From assembly GCA_964276515.1 (NCBI GenBank), contig OZ193910.1, forward strand, positions 3,348,001 through 3,412,000: 64,000 bases of DNA, in the 5' to 3' direction. A program made the translations under genes and the position numbers. Origin of the DNA: Gordius albopunctatus. Lineage: Eukaryota. Shown piece after piece: positions 39,977 to 54,526 of this stretch (positions are counted from its first letter, which is position 1; each line of letters starts with the position of its first letter). The notes under the pieces are model-generated. The model searched no databases. It saw only the letters and a program-made list of their open reading frames with translations, and was not told the origin of the DNA.

Positions 39977-41830
39977 ATGTTTACTATATAGCGCTATAAA
40001 CCACAAAGTGCGAGTTACATTTAATAATAATAGTATTATTTTGAATTCATAACTAATTGTACATATTAAAAAGTTGTAAAAACAACAATAAAAGCAGCAT
40101 TATTACAGGAATAACAACAGAAGGTTTTAAGTTTTTAATTTTGTGTCTCAAATAATTACCCTCCAATTCCAACTAACTGTATTTATTTTATATTGCACAA
40201 TTGCCTCATTTATCGTAATTATGGTAGATTCGAATGCATCTGCCAACCACAGTTTATAATGCGAAAATTAAAGTTGTTAAAATTACTTCTTCATTGTAAC
40301 AGTTAAGTTACAATTGAGTTACTTTCAAAATAAATTTAACTAATTACAGTTAGAGTTACATTTTTTCAAAAGTAAATGAATACAATTCCAGTTACTTACC
40401 TGATGGAACTACTTACATTAAAAGCTACTCATGTGATAAATATCTTATTAAATAAATTATTCACATACCCTAAAGGCCATCCATAATTAGTTAAATGATT
40501 GCCAAATTTTAAATTTTTTGCAAAAGCATATAATATTTACTACACTTAGGTATTTATTAAATGTAAAAAAGAGTCTAATCATATTGACATGCAAATTAAA
40601 ATACACAATAATTTACTAAAATCTATTGGTGAATAAAAAGCCGACATCTCGGCGAAAAAACCTCGTATCGTCTCGTATCTAAATTTTTGTCGATCTCGGG
40701 TCAGTTTTTCAAATTCTCGTCTGAGATGAGACCGAGAATTTTCTCGGTTTTTTGGCATCACTAATCATGCTACCCCACCGATAAATAAGATACATACCTA
40801 ACTTGTAATTAGAAAGGGGCAATACAAAGTTTTGGGAAAGCAACTAAGTGTTCATGAATTACAATAGAAAGTTTTTTTCTTGCTCGATATATTTTCGCTA
40901 TGTGAGCTTTTAAATTAAAAACGCATGGAACTGAACCCAATTTTTTCGAGGAGTACAAATTGCTGATATGGACAAATGATATTGTCCTATCGAAGAATAA
41001 ATACCTAAAGGCTAGTTCTTTCATCACAAAACGACATAGGGAGTAGGAGCTGTGATATATTATCTATAGATGCTAACGAAGTAACAGTAATATATAAATT
41101 AGGGAATTAATCTGCGCGAAACAGCAAAACTCTTCAATCAATAATTACCAGCGATTGTTTTCGGCAATGTTTATATGGTCTAGACTTTCCCTTAATTGTA
41201 AACTATATATCTCTGCAACGAATATGCCTAACTAAAATGATAAATGAACAAGTAAAATATGAATTTTGTTTTTGATTGTATATCATTACCAAAGAAAAGT
41301 TTTTTCGATTTATCACAAACAACCATTTAATTTAAGTTTCGTTTCTTAACATTTGAACAAAATTAATTACTAAATAACCAATTAATAAAATCATTTCTGA
41401 ATTCTTAACTTATTTATTTATATATGAATTATACTTCCACATTAATATATTCATGATAATGCCCAAAATTCCACACTGCGCGAAGGTAAATAAATATATC
41501 TATATATTTTTTTTTATAAAAAAATATGTTGCGTTCACGCTTGCTAGCGCAGGTGACGTTGGCACGCGCCATCTTACAAAGAGAGGGGGAGAGAGGGGAG
41601 AGGGGGAAGAAGCGCATGAGATGATACGTAGCTACAACAATTACATAATTATAATCATAGTCCTAATGAACATTACTGATCCGCACTCCATGTTTCTCAT
41701 TATCAATTATGTTAAATAATATAGTTATGTTAATATTGTATTATTATCTCTTTAATAAATAAATTATTTTTATTTGTTAAGATTCTAAAATTGGAAACAG
41801 CATTTGTTAATTAAAGAATGAATATTTTAT

Positions 41831-43583
41831 CAGTGGCGTAGCTAGCATTTCACACCAGTGCTAAGGGTTCAAAGGCGATTTAAAAAAGATTTCCATAATA
41901 ATCAGCTATTCATTTGTGTAATTTTTTTAATTTCGCCTGAACTCCAACTTTTTTAAATCCATATCAAAATTATATGGCCGTATCTTAGATCTTCCCTCTT
42001 ACCTCCGACTTAAACGTGAGCAAGCAAAAATAGTGACATAAAACGGGCTTCTTTATAACACCACCCCGCCCGCTACAAATATGTAAAAGCCTGGGCCCGT
42101 TTTTGTCCCAGCCCAAGTCCTGGACGGCATACAAATTTTTTTATTTTGCTTCCTTTCATATATGATTATAATTTTCTTAATGAGCTGATTAAACAATATA
42201 CATGTAAAAGATGTTAATATAGTAATCATGCAAGAAATGATACTTATAAAAAATTCAATTAGCTTAGTATAAAGTTTTAAGATTTTAAAAGGGTATTAAT
42301 GGATTGTACAACGTCTATATATAATCACGCGTTTTCATATTGAAGAATGAATGAATATCGATAGAATATATTATGATCTCCATTGCTAATTTAATACACA
42401 CTAAATAATTACAAATCAATATAGAACATTGAAAAAACACATTATTTGAACTTTATGATAGACAAGAAAAACTAGATGATTTTATTACTTTTGGCGGGCC
42501 TTACTTAATCTTTACCCAGCCCGTGTATAAAGGTTATTTTTATATACGCAACTTCTCGTTTTAAATCCTTTATTCTAATAAATCAAATTGTACCACCGGG
42601 TTATAACAATATAAATCAATAAAATATCAGACAATGATTTTCGATATATAAATGTATGGATTGGACGATGGCCGTGGAGAAATTGCCGTGAGATCCATCT
42701 GTTAGAATTAGTGCCATCTACGAGTAATTGGAGGTGTTGGGCAAGGGGGACCGTTTGGTTCTTCGTTCATGCTACCGCTGGACCAACGTGATCTAAAGAT
42801 GGAAATAAAATATCCCTCCCGCCCCACACGACTAACGAGTAGAAAACAAACAAATAACTGCTTCCGCCGGACTAAATAACAAATTAAATAACTGATTCTA
42901 TCATGGTCAAATGCCCGCTATTTAAACCCTGTCGATGACCTCTTCATTTGAATGACGGATGCTTCCCGACAGTTCGATATACTGCAAGTCTCCACTAACT
43001 TGAGGCCTGCCATTTGCATATTCGTTTACAGAATATTTTACTCGCACACCCATTACTTTAAGCCTTATTTCTCTCACTTATTTGCATAAGCGTAAAGGCA
43101 TCTACAACAGTTATATTACACCGCGTCCGAGGAGTTAATTTTTAAAAGCTAAAAACCGGCCCCCGGGTTGAGGTTTTAGACCATGCCGAGCCTGTATTCT
43201 AAGCTAAATTACCCTTGATAAAATTAAATAACGAATTTGTATCAATAATTTATGGTCCAAAATAACTGGTAGATTGACAATAAAAATTTTAATTTTTACA
43301 AAAACGGTATTGCCCCAATCCCAAATAATATACCTTACATATTTGACTGCAGCTGGTGTTTGGAGCTAAAGGTTTTAATAATACGCTAAATATTCATTCT
43401 TTACCATTTATTCATTACGAGTTATTAGACAACAAAGCAAAAATTAAATATATTCTTTCAAAAAACTAATAAATAAAGTTATTTATTAAGTAGATATAAA
43501 TGGATGCTTGAGGGGACCCAAAGGACCTTTTTCCCTTAAGGGGGGGGGGCTGGCCCTCTTGGCCATCCCTAGCTACACCACTG
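41831..43583. mobile_element. Non-autonomous hAT-type element
   Basis: cagtggcgtagctag / ctagctacaccactg TIRs; TSD tattttat/tagtttat (7/8). Confidence 0.75.
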
Positions 43584-44197
43584 TAGTTTATATAACGCAC
43601 TAGAGAGAGGAACATAACAGTATCAAAGTTATTAACCTTTTTGGATATATAGCAACGAGAAATAGTATGAAAATGAAATATGTGGATTATTTAATTATTT
43701 CCGACGTGTTTTGTAAGTCCGTTACTGTAAGCTGATATTTCAGGTATGAAACACACTTGAGATATAACGCTTAGAAAACTGTGAGAGTGATAAAAATTAT
43801 AAATATATTGCAACTGAAAAGCATCATTATATTATACTCAAGGAATCTATGTCAGGGAAGAATAACTTGGCAATACTAAAAGAAAAGGCCTTTAAATGGA
43901 CATTAATGGCTAATCGGTATTGATGAAGTCGCTGTAATTGATTTGATATATTGTAATATTTTCCTACAGTATCTTAGATGTTGGTTTGCTGACTAATAGA
44001 AACCTGTTTATAATTCGGATTTGAGAATGTATCACATTTAATGCTCTCAACTCTGGTGTGCCCTCATATTCTCAGAGTTAAACATAGAGTTATATTTGTA
44101 CTTAAATTAAGTTCTACGAGTAGAATTCATTTGGTACAGTGCCCGAAAACGGCATTACCAATAGCTGTCAATTGTAATAAGTTGCCGTCTAAGTCAA

Positions 44198-47100
44198 ATG
44201 AAAAAGAAAAGCAAATTAAAAAAATTGGTTAAACCAAAAACTATTTATGAAAGTTCAACCGATGAAGAGGCAGAAATCGACTATATTCAAAACATATATG
44301 AAGATGACAATGATATTTGTTATATGTCAAAGTATTATACTCTATTAAATTTTTTAATTTAAATAGGGCAAAAGAAGGGGATTATGACATTTTAGAATGT
44401 GAAAAGAAGTTATGGACACCCAAGACAGAGTCTGAAAATACGAAATATTTGTTGCCAATTAAGGAAGATGGAAAGCTTATTCCAAGGTTTCAAAGAATTC
44501 CTAAAAAAATAGAAAATGAAGATGATTGTGTTAATGAACAATATTTACAAAATAGTCCAATAAAACCTAATAAGCATGTTAAAAGTGCAATTAAATTTGA
44601 AAATGAATTTGAATTTAAAAATTTTCTGGCAAGTCTTGCTAATTCTATAATTGCAAATCCTGATGATCATGTAATATAATATTTTTTAAAAAGTTAATAT
44701 GTTTTAGGTTGTAAAGTTAAATAAAATAATATCATTACTTGTCCAAAATGAAAACATACTCAAAGATCAGAATCAGAATGTGCATGCTTTTCCATTAATT
44801 ATTGCTACCTTAACTGAAATATTCAAGGATATAATTCCTGGATATAGTATAAGGCCACCAACTGAAATCGAAAAAAAGCAATTAGCAACCAAAGAGACAA
44901 GAAAAGTTAGGTCTTTTGAAGATAACTTAGTGAAACTCTACAAGAAATTTATAAATTGTTTGTTGGCCTTAATCAGTAAGTATTATTGTATAATTCTAAT
45001 AATTTATTAGAATCCAAAAACAATTTATCTAATAAATGTCTTATTTTGATTATTATTGCAACATGCAAGGAGTTACTAATCTCAAAGCCACATTTTAATT
45101 TTAGTGAAGATTTAGTAAAACTACTGATTCCCTTTTTAAACCACAAATATGATGAAGTATATTCTTACCATTTAATTTCATAAATATATAATATATGTTA
45201 GTTATTATAAAAAAATGCTTGATAATTTTTTATTTAACAATTAGTCTAGGTGAATTATTCTATTCTACACCATTTTTAGAGTTGTTAATTGCTACTATAT
45301 TATAAGATTTTAATATACTTGCTAAAAATATTTTTGGTTTAAATGTTTTAAGTTTAAACTAATTTGTTATTTTCTGCCCATTCATGTTTAGGTTGCTCTT
45401 ATGGCATGTAATACTGTGGAAAATATATTTCTAATTGATGAAGGTGGAGATTTATCTGTTGAAATTGTTAGAAACATTAATCAAGTGATTAAAAAGAAAA
45501 ATTATGTAGTCAGAGCTGAAGTAATTAAATTATTTTTATAGCCCTTAAATTGTAACTGCTTTTAGGTTATAGATCCATTTTTGGCTCTGAGAATTGAAGA
45601 AATTAATAAACCCCATAGTAATGATAAAACGTCTAATAAAGATTTCAAAGGCAACAAAAAGCCTCCCTCCAGAAACGAATTAAAGGTAATTCATAAAAGA
45701 TCTTTAATAATTTATATATATGTCATTTATTTTGAAGTACATAATCATTAATTTAAGAAGATAAATAGCAGATATATAACATTTTTATCTCTTATTAGAG
45801 CTCATCAGTATGACAGTTAATTTTCTAATTACATTCTAATCGAGGTACATATAGTCTCTAATTAAAATCGCCCCTAGATCTCAGTTTGAGTGGACTTACT
45901 ATTTAAATTGTGTCACCTTTTTTTGAATCATTAAAAAACCCAAATAATTAGTAATTAATTTTAAAATATTATATAGTCATTAGTTATCATCAGGTTATAA
46001 AGTCTACATAATTTTTAATACTATGATATAATAAGAATGTCATTTCTATAATTAAATATATATATATATTATATCGTTATAGCACAGTATTTATTCGTAT
46101 TACATAAATTAATGAATATCATGTAAATATCTAGAGGGCTAAAGCAATGGAAAGATTTAATAAAGATTTGGAAATAGCAGAAGCCGTGCGCACTAAAGGC
46201 GACAGAGCTAAAAATGATTCTGCCATAGCCACCTACATATTTACCATCTACTTTAAAATACTGCGAGATAGCCACATCAGGGAACCCATAAGCCAAACAT
46301 CCTGTAGCAAACGCCTCCTATCTTCCGTCCTAAAGGGTTTATCCACGTTTTCTCACCTTATCAATGTAGAATTCTTCCACGACCTTATATCTAGCCTCTA
46401 CAACCTGGCAAACTCCGATGTAATTTTTTGCCCAAAACTCACGATTTATTTGTATAAAAAGGTTAAAATGCTATAAAGTTGATGAAAAATTAAATTATGG
46501 TTTAGAAATAAGCAGGATTTGCATTGACTTTATCATATTATTTTTCAAAATGGGAGCTAGGAGAAAAAATCCTCGATTGAGTCCATACCATAATAATATC
46601 TGTATACAAATAATTTTTATGCCGTTTAGCATTTTAATTGCATCTTAAACGTTTGCAATAAAATATATTATATACCTGGTATTTTATAACTTTTCGGGGG
46701 TGTATATACACGAAATAGGCAACGAGTAGGGTGGATAAATTACACGCCATAGTGACAGCATTTTCCATCCTGACGGGCCAGCTGCAAGTGGGATTCAACA
46801 TAGACCTAACGCGTTTTTATCGTCTCTTCTACCAAATCCTATCACCCTTTCCCCCTCCAAACGACCAAGAAGAAAAAGAAGAAAAACACATTTTTGACGA
46901 AGGCACTCCCATCTGCCAAGACATCTACCGTGTCTCCGAATGCTTACTTATAGCCAAATGCTTCGAAGTGGCTTTCATTCAGCGCCACAAGCACCTTTCG
47001 CCCGATAGAGTGTGCGCTTTCGTCAAAAGACTGGCCTTGCTCACTCTAACCCAAGCCCCTGATACTGTTTTTGACCCCGATGTTCGAAGTTTTAAGGATA

Positions 47101-48057
47101 AACTCACCACCGGCTCTACCATCTTTCAATGTCTCATCCATAAATTGCTGAGAGTAATAAAAAATTGAAACTTTCTATCAAAAATTTTCTATACCGTTTC
47201 GAGCCTTTTTTATCTGTGTCGAAATGATTGTTTCTTTATCGTCATTATGTGATTTAGCATAGTCGCTTGATCGATGATTATAAGAGCTTTGATTTACGTG
47301 ATATAAAGTTTTTGCACAGCTTGAGAGTTGAAAAATTTTTTATGAATAACAGTTTTTTAAAACTATAATAAAGGGTCATAAATTTTATCTGACATTTCGG
47401 CTAAAACATTACTGGGTCAATTTTTTGAAACGAATTTGGAAATTTTTGGCTATCCTTATATATTTTTAAGGACCTTTCTATCTTTGTTGATATATTTAAT
47501 GACTCATTTGGATTTAAATAATAAATGTGTCTGGAAACGCAATCAATTGCATTGATTTTTATGCATATAACAATTTAAATTAATGTTAAAATGCTCCTAA
47601 AATACTTTATTACAAGACTTTCCCGGGCTGCTTTAACCTCTTAGAAACGGAGAGGGCCGGTAGCGATGGCATATACCTCATGGCAATTATGGACCCCGAT
47701 TTTTGTCAAGCACAAAACAGTGCTCTGTGGGAATGTCATACCCTACTCACTCTACATTACGACCCTTCGGTTAAAGCTTTCGTGAGAGAATTGTACAAGG
47801 CTAGCAAAGATCCAAACTCTGATCATTTCAACGCACAAGCTGAAAAAGCTTATCAATCCATAGTCAGAAATTCTGATAAAACTCCAGCAAGAATGCAAGG
47901 GCCGCTCGATAAATCCACCTTAATCGAACATTTGTTTGACTCGTCGTCTCCCGATTGCGTTGAAAATCCTAAACGCAAAATTGCAAATTTGGATCGAAGA
48001 TATAAATTGAATCGTCTTTTAAAGTCGTATCATAAAAAGTTTAAATCGTGTTTGTAA
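44198..48057 (+). CDS. NOC3L: Nucleolar complex protein 3 homolog. Exons 44198-44331, 44367-44670, 44708-44975, 45011-45156, 45392-45520, 45566-45685, 46135-46419, 46719-47153, 47617-48057
   Basis: Open spliced frame of about 753 aa with LPIK, IFKDIIPGYSIR, PHFNF, LKGLSTFSHLINVEFFHDL, NIDL..FY and DPDFCQAQNSALWE motifs. Confidence 0.92.
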
Positions 48058-48144
48058 CATACGTCGTTGCGCATACGTCTACCTCTATGGATGATGGGAA
48101 TAAACTATTTTGTTTTGCGTTTTTTAAGAATTTGATTAAGATTA

Positions 48145-49487
48145 TTTATCCGGAAAATCCGAGAAAAATCTCTATCTCCTCTCGTATCAAAAAACCGAGA
48201 CGATAAAAATTTCCACTTCGAGACTAGACGATAGAGATTTTATCGGCGAGATCTCGACTTTAAAATTTCTTAATTGATCATCATAATCATAATATAGTAA
48301 ATTTATTTGGAAATTTTATAATTTGTGAATCAAATTTATATGCTAGATGTAATTTAATATAATTGGGATACTTTGGATATTGCGTAATTTACCACACCCA
48401 ATAGTCGCTTATAATTAAATTTTAATAATATTATTTTTCAATATATTTATTGCGAATATATATCCTTAGCATTAAAATATAATATAAAAGACAGACCTAA
48501 AATGAGTTTTGATAAAGCATTATATATTTAAAGCATCTTCAAATTTCCCAACAATTACATCATCCTCTCCGATGATGATATTTTGAATCGATGGTTAATT
48601 AATCGAAATAATTATATAAATTTGGCTACAACGGCTAATGATTTTTAGAGCATCCCAGCGACCTTTTGCCTGCCGAATCATTGCTTTCAAATGCATTACA
48701 TTTAATCACGAAGCTAACGGGAGTTTGTTAAGCCGGAACACAATGCTTTGCACTACCATTCAGATTTTAAATAAGGTTGGCCACTGAAATCTATTTTACT
48801 AAATTTTCTGTGCGATTTTGCACCAACAAGATACATGAGCATAAGCTTCATTGATAAAATAATCTATGGCTGAATTATTTAAAAAATAAGATAATTACAT
48901 ATTTTGGTACATAATATATGTCTTACACTATAATGGAATCGTTTAATTTTTGAAAGTATATTTGCTATAAAATTATATATGTGCAATTTACTGAAAACCT
49001 GAAAACTTTTATTCCTACCAATAACAATGCTATTTTTTGTTGTGCTTACGTTGTAATGCGTGGAACTAATTATTACGTTATGAATTTCAATAAAAAGTAT
49101 TCACTCGTACCTTTTAGGTTTCTATAGCATTAGAATAAACATGCAATGATGAAGGTTATTTGAAAGGGCAACAACTATTTTCTTAAATTATATATATCTA
49201 GAAACATACATGACTTGATTTTGCCAATGCTAGCTAAGGTCCTAGCTAGTTCAAATATACAAATGAAGACAGGTTTTTGAATAAAAAATACTGCGCCATT
49301 TTGAAGTTTGTAATTATTTATATGATAATTTAAATAAATTAGGGGCAAAATTTAGATAGTATAAAAAAATTTTAAAGTTGAGACAAGTCGAGATTTCTCG
49401 CCGAGACGAGACCGAGATTTTTCTCGGCCGAGACGAGATTCTCATAATCGGACCCGAGACGAGTTTTGCTATCGATATCTAGACGGA
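48145..49487 (+). mobile_element. Degenerate tctcg-family hAT in opposite orientation, with decayed dimerisation-domain remnant
   Basis: gagac/tctcg arrays at both ends; DDDILNRW...LATTANDFL at about 48570-48720. Confidence 0.65.
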
Positions 49488-49574
49488 AAAATTAATTAAG
49501 ATCTGATAGAATATCGAATATCTTATTCTTAAATAGGGTACTCCAAGTTAATATTTTATTTAAATCATTTATTA

Positions 49575-49735
49575 GCGTAGCCAAGATTGGTTCTATAGGG
49601 AGGCAGGGAGGGGCAAAATGACAATTTTTTGGGATTTAGTCATAATTATATTGAATTTTCATGGATTTTTTAATTTAGAGAGGCGCAGCCGCCCCTCCCT
49701 TCCCCCCCCCCCCCCCCCCCTTGGCTACGCCCATG
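49575..49735. mobile_element. Small GGCGTAGCC-family MITE
   Basis: gcgtagccaag / cttggctacgc inverted ends. Confidence 0.65.
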
Positions 49736-50456
49736 CATTGCCCCTCCTTGAAGAATTACAAATATTTCCAAGCCTCATTATTAGTTATACTCGTGTTTAA
49801 AGTTGTCGCCATAGGAATTTGTTTTCTAGTTGTTTTATGATCTTTGTTATGTTATGCAAATGCTTTGTTATATCGTTCGAAAAAAACATAAGAGTTATTC
49901 AGGCGCAGTAACACTTAAATAAAAAATATCTTGCTTCCCTATTAATTTTTATGAACATTTTATATATAAGTAGCCGTTTAATTGTATAAGTGGCTACTAG
50001 AGGAACGCAAAATGATTAAGGACTAATTTTTAATCAATATGCATTTTTCCATTTATCGTGGGGTATACCAAAATTTCCTAGCACCTTTGTTATCGCCAAA
50101 CGCTTACTGCCAAAATAAATTCCATAAATTTTAACATTTTGGCTATTAAGCATTAAAATGTCCAAATATCATTTTGTCAGCTTTTATTTTAAAGTAAATT
50201 AGTGTCTCCTGAATTAAAGTAAAGAAGTGTTAAATTATACATTAAAATTTTATCAATAAAAGTATAAAAATGGCACACCATGAGAATACAAATGGCCAAT
50301 ACAAAACGTGCTGATAAATTTAATTCATATAAATCAGTAATAAATTTAAAATTTGAAAATTATACTAGATTTCTAAATAATCAAAATAATAAATTATATA
50401 GCAATTAATACATTTATTTATGAGCATCATTATAAATGTATAACTAGAAATCATAA

Positions 50457-50947
50457 TTAGTTGATGTATTGCTTCACTTTCTCCTTAAGTCTTGCCACAT
50501 TAGCTCCAGCTATTTCATCAATCTAAGTTTATTTATAATAATGAATGTAAATATTTTAACTTTTTCTTTGTTTTAGGTAAAAATAAAGATAGGCACGCTC
50601 GTTATTCCATAAAGTTTTTGAAGGACCTTTAAATATGTATTTATAAATTAAGATGAGTTACTTGATTTTCATCAATGTCAACCACTAGAAACACTGCCCT
50701 TCCTTTATACTCGGTCGCCAGCGACTTGATTAAAATAGGTATCTAACTGAATTAAGTGTACCTTAAACACTGGGGCAGTCATCCTGCATGGGCCACACCA
50801 TGAAGCTTTCGAGAATTGATGTTATGTAGGATAACAACAACTATGAGCTTATCTTTGTTATTATTTAACAATACATCAAATTGTTGCTATATTTAATTTA
50901 ATATATTTAAAATTGCAACTTACTTTGGACTTAATAAAAATTGCCAT
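50457..50947 (-). pseudogene. TXN: Thioredoxin, intron-containing and apparently disabled. Exons 50947-50924, 50886-50762, 50724-50662, 50626-50561, 50522-50457
   Basis: MAIFIKSK|QQFDVLL..KDKLIVV[frameshift]KASWCGPCRMTAPVFK|SLATEY..AVFLVVDIDENQ|VLQKLYGITSVPIFIFT*NKEK|IDEIAGANVARLKEKV; four 35-38-bp GT-AG introns. Confidence 0.88.
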
Positions 50948-53466
50948 TCTAATGGGATTGCAAGGTTTATTATCAAGTCAAGAGTTTAGTAAATACTATA
51001 AATTCGATAGGGATTAGTGATATATGTTCAAGGATAATAACTATATGTAGTAGTGTAGAGGTGGTAAAATAATTTTAAATTGATTTAACGGACGAATCCA
51101 AAATAATATGTTGACTTAAGAAATTAAAAAATTCAATCGCTGTGAGGAAAATTTTATACGGTTTTTAAGCATTTTACTAACAAATTGTTCTATTAAGAAA
51201 CTGTTCTACTGCTAGTCAAATTTATTGTAACTTTAAACGTAACAAACAAAATGTGTTATATTTTGAAAAATACTAAATATACAAATATAATAAAGGCAGG
51301 CGATTAGCTAGGAATTTCTCAAAAAAAACTGTATTATTTTGTCACTTTTAGATTATATTGTACGACGGTCACAAGTCCGTGTGCAAAAAGTGGAGGGCTG
51401 GCGTCAGATCGTGATAGTTCTAAACAAAATTTTACAAGAGAAGGCTAGGGCGTCCTACACAATACATATGTGTTTTGATTTTATTTGCAATAAATTGTAT
51501 TTTATCAAAAGATGCTCTATAATTGAGTCGGATTGGGTCGGGCCATAAAATATAAAGAATTTGAGCTCGGGTCGAGCTTAAACAAATGATAAATAAAACA
51601 ATTAGCTCGGGCCGATGAAAGGCACTTAAATTATGTGTTTAGCAGGAAAGACAGGGGTCAGCTGCCCCCTTTGCTCCCCGCCCCCTGAACCTTTTTAAAA
51701 CTAGCTAGGCGTAGGCCCATCATAATAAATCCGATATCACCGAAGAATTTATAAATAGTAGGTACATATTAAATTTTATTTCATTCATACGACGGTCCCC
51801 AAGTGCGTGTGCAAAATGTGGAGGGTTGGTGTTAGGTCGGAAATCGGCTATAAAAACCAACTCCAAAATTATGATAGTTTCAAACAAGATTTTACAAGAA
51901 AAGGCTAGGGCGCCCTCCACAAACTATCTAAGCTAATCAAAGACAAGGTAGTGGAAGTCAAGCGTTGTTCAGACAGACTAATGTGGGTTAGGATTGCAGA
52001 TCAAGGGGGCCTCCTAACCGTTATGTGCGCGTATATCAGAAAAAGGCATATTCTTTGATTCATTAGAAAAGGAAATACAAGCAACCGGACAGGAAGAAAG
52101 GTTAATTATTGGGGCGGATTTCAACGCTCACGTAGTGAAAGATCGCCTCGGGTATAAACGCAATAAAATAGGCTATGGGCATGGTCTTAAGAACAAAGAA
52201 GGTGAAAAACTTCTCCAAGTATCCCAGGCATACGACATGGCGATCGTTAACACCTATTTTCAGAAACGCGAATATCATATTGTGATTTATAGAAGTGGGA
52301 AGCATTTTAGTCAAATTGACTATCTGCTCATACAGCGAAAGGACTTATGGAGTATCAAAAATTGCAAAGTAATAATGGGAGAAGAAATAGCCAGGCAACA
52401 TCCTCCTTTTGTTATGAATTTCGACAAAAGAGTATTTCCCGAAAAAAGAAAGATCTATGAACCTCTATTTTGATACGAAAGGCTAAAGTATACGTCGACG
52501 AACGAAGAATACCACCAAAAAGCCTCCTCACACTTGGGGGCAAAAAAGTTGCAAAGGGACGTAGACGACGATTGGGAGACGCTAACTAAGAACATAAAGG
52601 AAACAGCGTTTGGTGTTCTAGGACAAACCAAAGGAGGCAAGGATATGAATAGTGAACTATGGTGGTGGGATCAATCGGTTAGGGAGTTTATCAAAAGAAA
52701 AAAATATATATAAACGGTGGCATAAATCAAAAAGGTCGGAGGATTATCAAGAGTATAGGGACGCAAAGAGAGCCGCAAAAAAGGCCGTTGCAAAAGCAAA
52801 GAATGCCGCGCACATCGAGATGGCAAACAAACTGGATTATAAAGAGGGCGATAGACTTATGTAAAAATTGGCCAAGATAAGGGAGAAGAAAAGTCGCGAT
52901 GTCGGAGTTCTTAAAATAGTTAAAAGCGAAAAGGGTCAAACCTTATTCAAGCCGAAAGAAGTGATGGAAAGGTGGAAAAGATATTTTAAGAAATTTATGA
53001 ATATTGCAAACGACAAAGATTGCCTTCCCGAAATTGAGCCAAATATAAGTATGGTCAAACTCTTTCAGGAGGATGAAGTTAGGACACAAATGAACAAGAT
53101 GCAAAAAGGAAAAGCAAATGGCCCAGATGGAATACCTATGGAAGCATTGCTCGGATGTGGTGAATAGTGATGTTATGCAGCGCGCCATTTTACAGACGCG
53201 CCTTAATAGGAAGAAAGAGACTAGGAAGCCACACCTTTATAAAGGTCCATCGTAAGATGCGCTTGCCTAGTGTAAGGTCCCCTTTTTTTACTAATTCCCT
53301 CCCCCATGGTCTTAAATTGTAGAAAATAGAACCGCCACATGTGCCATTACATTAGTTACATTAACCATCACATTGATGAAACAAATAAGGAATGAGGGGT
53401 AGGGGGTACTTTGTATTTGTACTATTTACTTTTTTGAAACATAAAATAGCAACACTGTGGATAAAT

Positions 53467-54340
53467 CAGTGGCATTTAAAGGGGGGGGGGTAATTCCTGA
53501 AAAGTTTTTTGATTAATAATTAAATTAAATGGGTTAAAATATTATAATTTAGTTACATCAAAGACTTCAAGACATTCATAGAAACATAAGAAGGATTTTT
53601 TGAAGGAGGAGGTTATAAAATTTTTATCATTAAATTTATTTTTACTATTTTATCGGATAAAAATGATTTTTCTTACGGTAGCCTGCCCCACCCTTTAACC
53701 GATTGGGCCCAGCAGTGAGCCCGACTTGTTGGTTGTTTAATTTTTATTTTTAATTACAAATAGAATGTAATAAAATTTTTGTCAGCTCCCCCCCCCTCCA
53801 GAAATGTTTATTTCATTCTATATTTTTATATGGCCTAACCTATGCCACGAATATTTACAATTAATTTATCGGAGATGAAACAAGCATAATTTGGCGTTAA
53901 AAATAAAAGTTTAAAAAAGAAATACCACGCAGGATTATTTGGGACAAGCCCCTAAGTCAGTCCCTAGCGAAAGAATATTCTCGTCCGCCGTCAATACCCT
54001 GACTAATAAAATAAATAAATTGTCGTCTGCTAATTTAAAATATAGAGTATGTTTAAATAGCTGGAACACAAACTCTGTAAATAATTTAATTAGTTTATAT
54101 GGTTATATTCTCACTGTGTTAATAATTTTTTTAAATAAAATGTCTGTTGTGCTTTAACTTATTACAGATAAAAATAATTTATAATTTGTGTAAAAATTAC
54201 AAGGGCTTAAGAACATTATATTTTTGGAGGGGCATAACAAAAACACCAAGCTTAGATAAAATTTATTATATATTATAACCCTCCCTTCCCCTTACACCCC
54301 CCCCCAAAAAAAAAATTATATAACCCTCCGTATGCCCCTG
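53467..54340 (+). mobile_element. Nested hAT derivative with dimerisation-domain remnant
   Basis: cagtggcatt / tatgcccctg ends; SVPSERIFSSA..T..NKLS...CLNSW at 53939-54065. Confidence 0.6.
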
Positions 54341-54526
54341 GCTTAATTGTTATAATAAAAATTGAATGTCCTGTCCAGTAATCTTGTATTAGCTTAGCAA
54401 AGTCTTTAATTTAATATTAGTACACTTTATAGATAGGATAGCTTAGATTAACAAGTTTGACTGCACTGCACACACAACAGCACACATCGTGTTGTTGATG
54501 ATGACAATAAAAACTAACTAGCATAT

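Larger units (their letters stand above)
38695..40763. mobile_element. tctcg-family hAT derivative hosting two nested elements
   Basis: tagtgtttcg / ggcatcacta ends; TSD atcatgcc/atcatgct (7/8). Confidence 0.85.

Noticed and set aside
42653..43105. Possible solo LTR (tgta...taca)
   Set aside because: No TSD and no second copy in the window.
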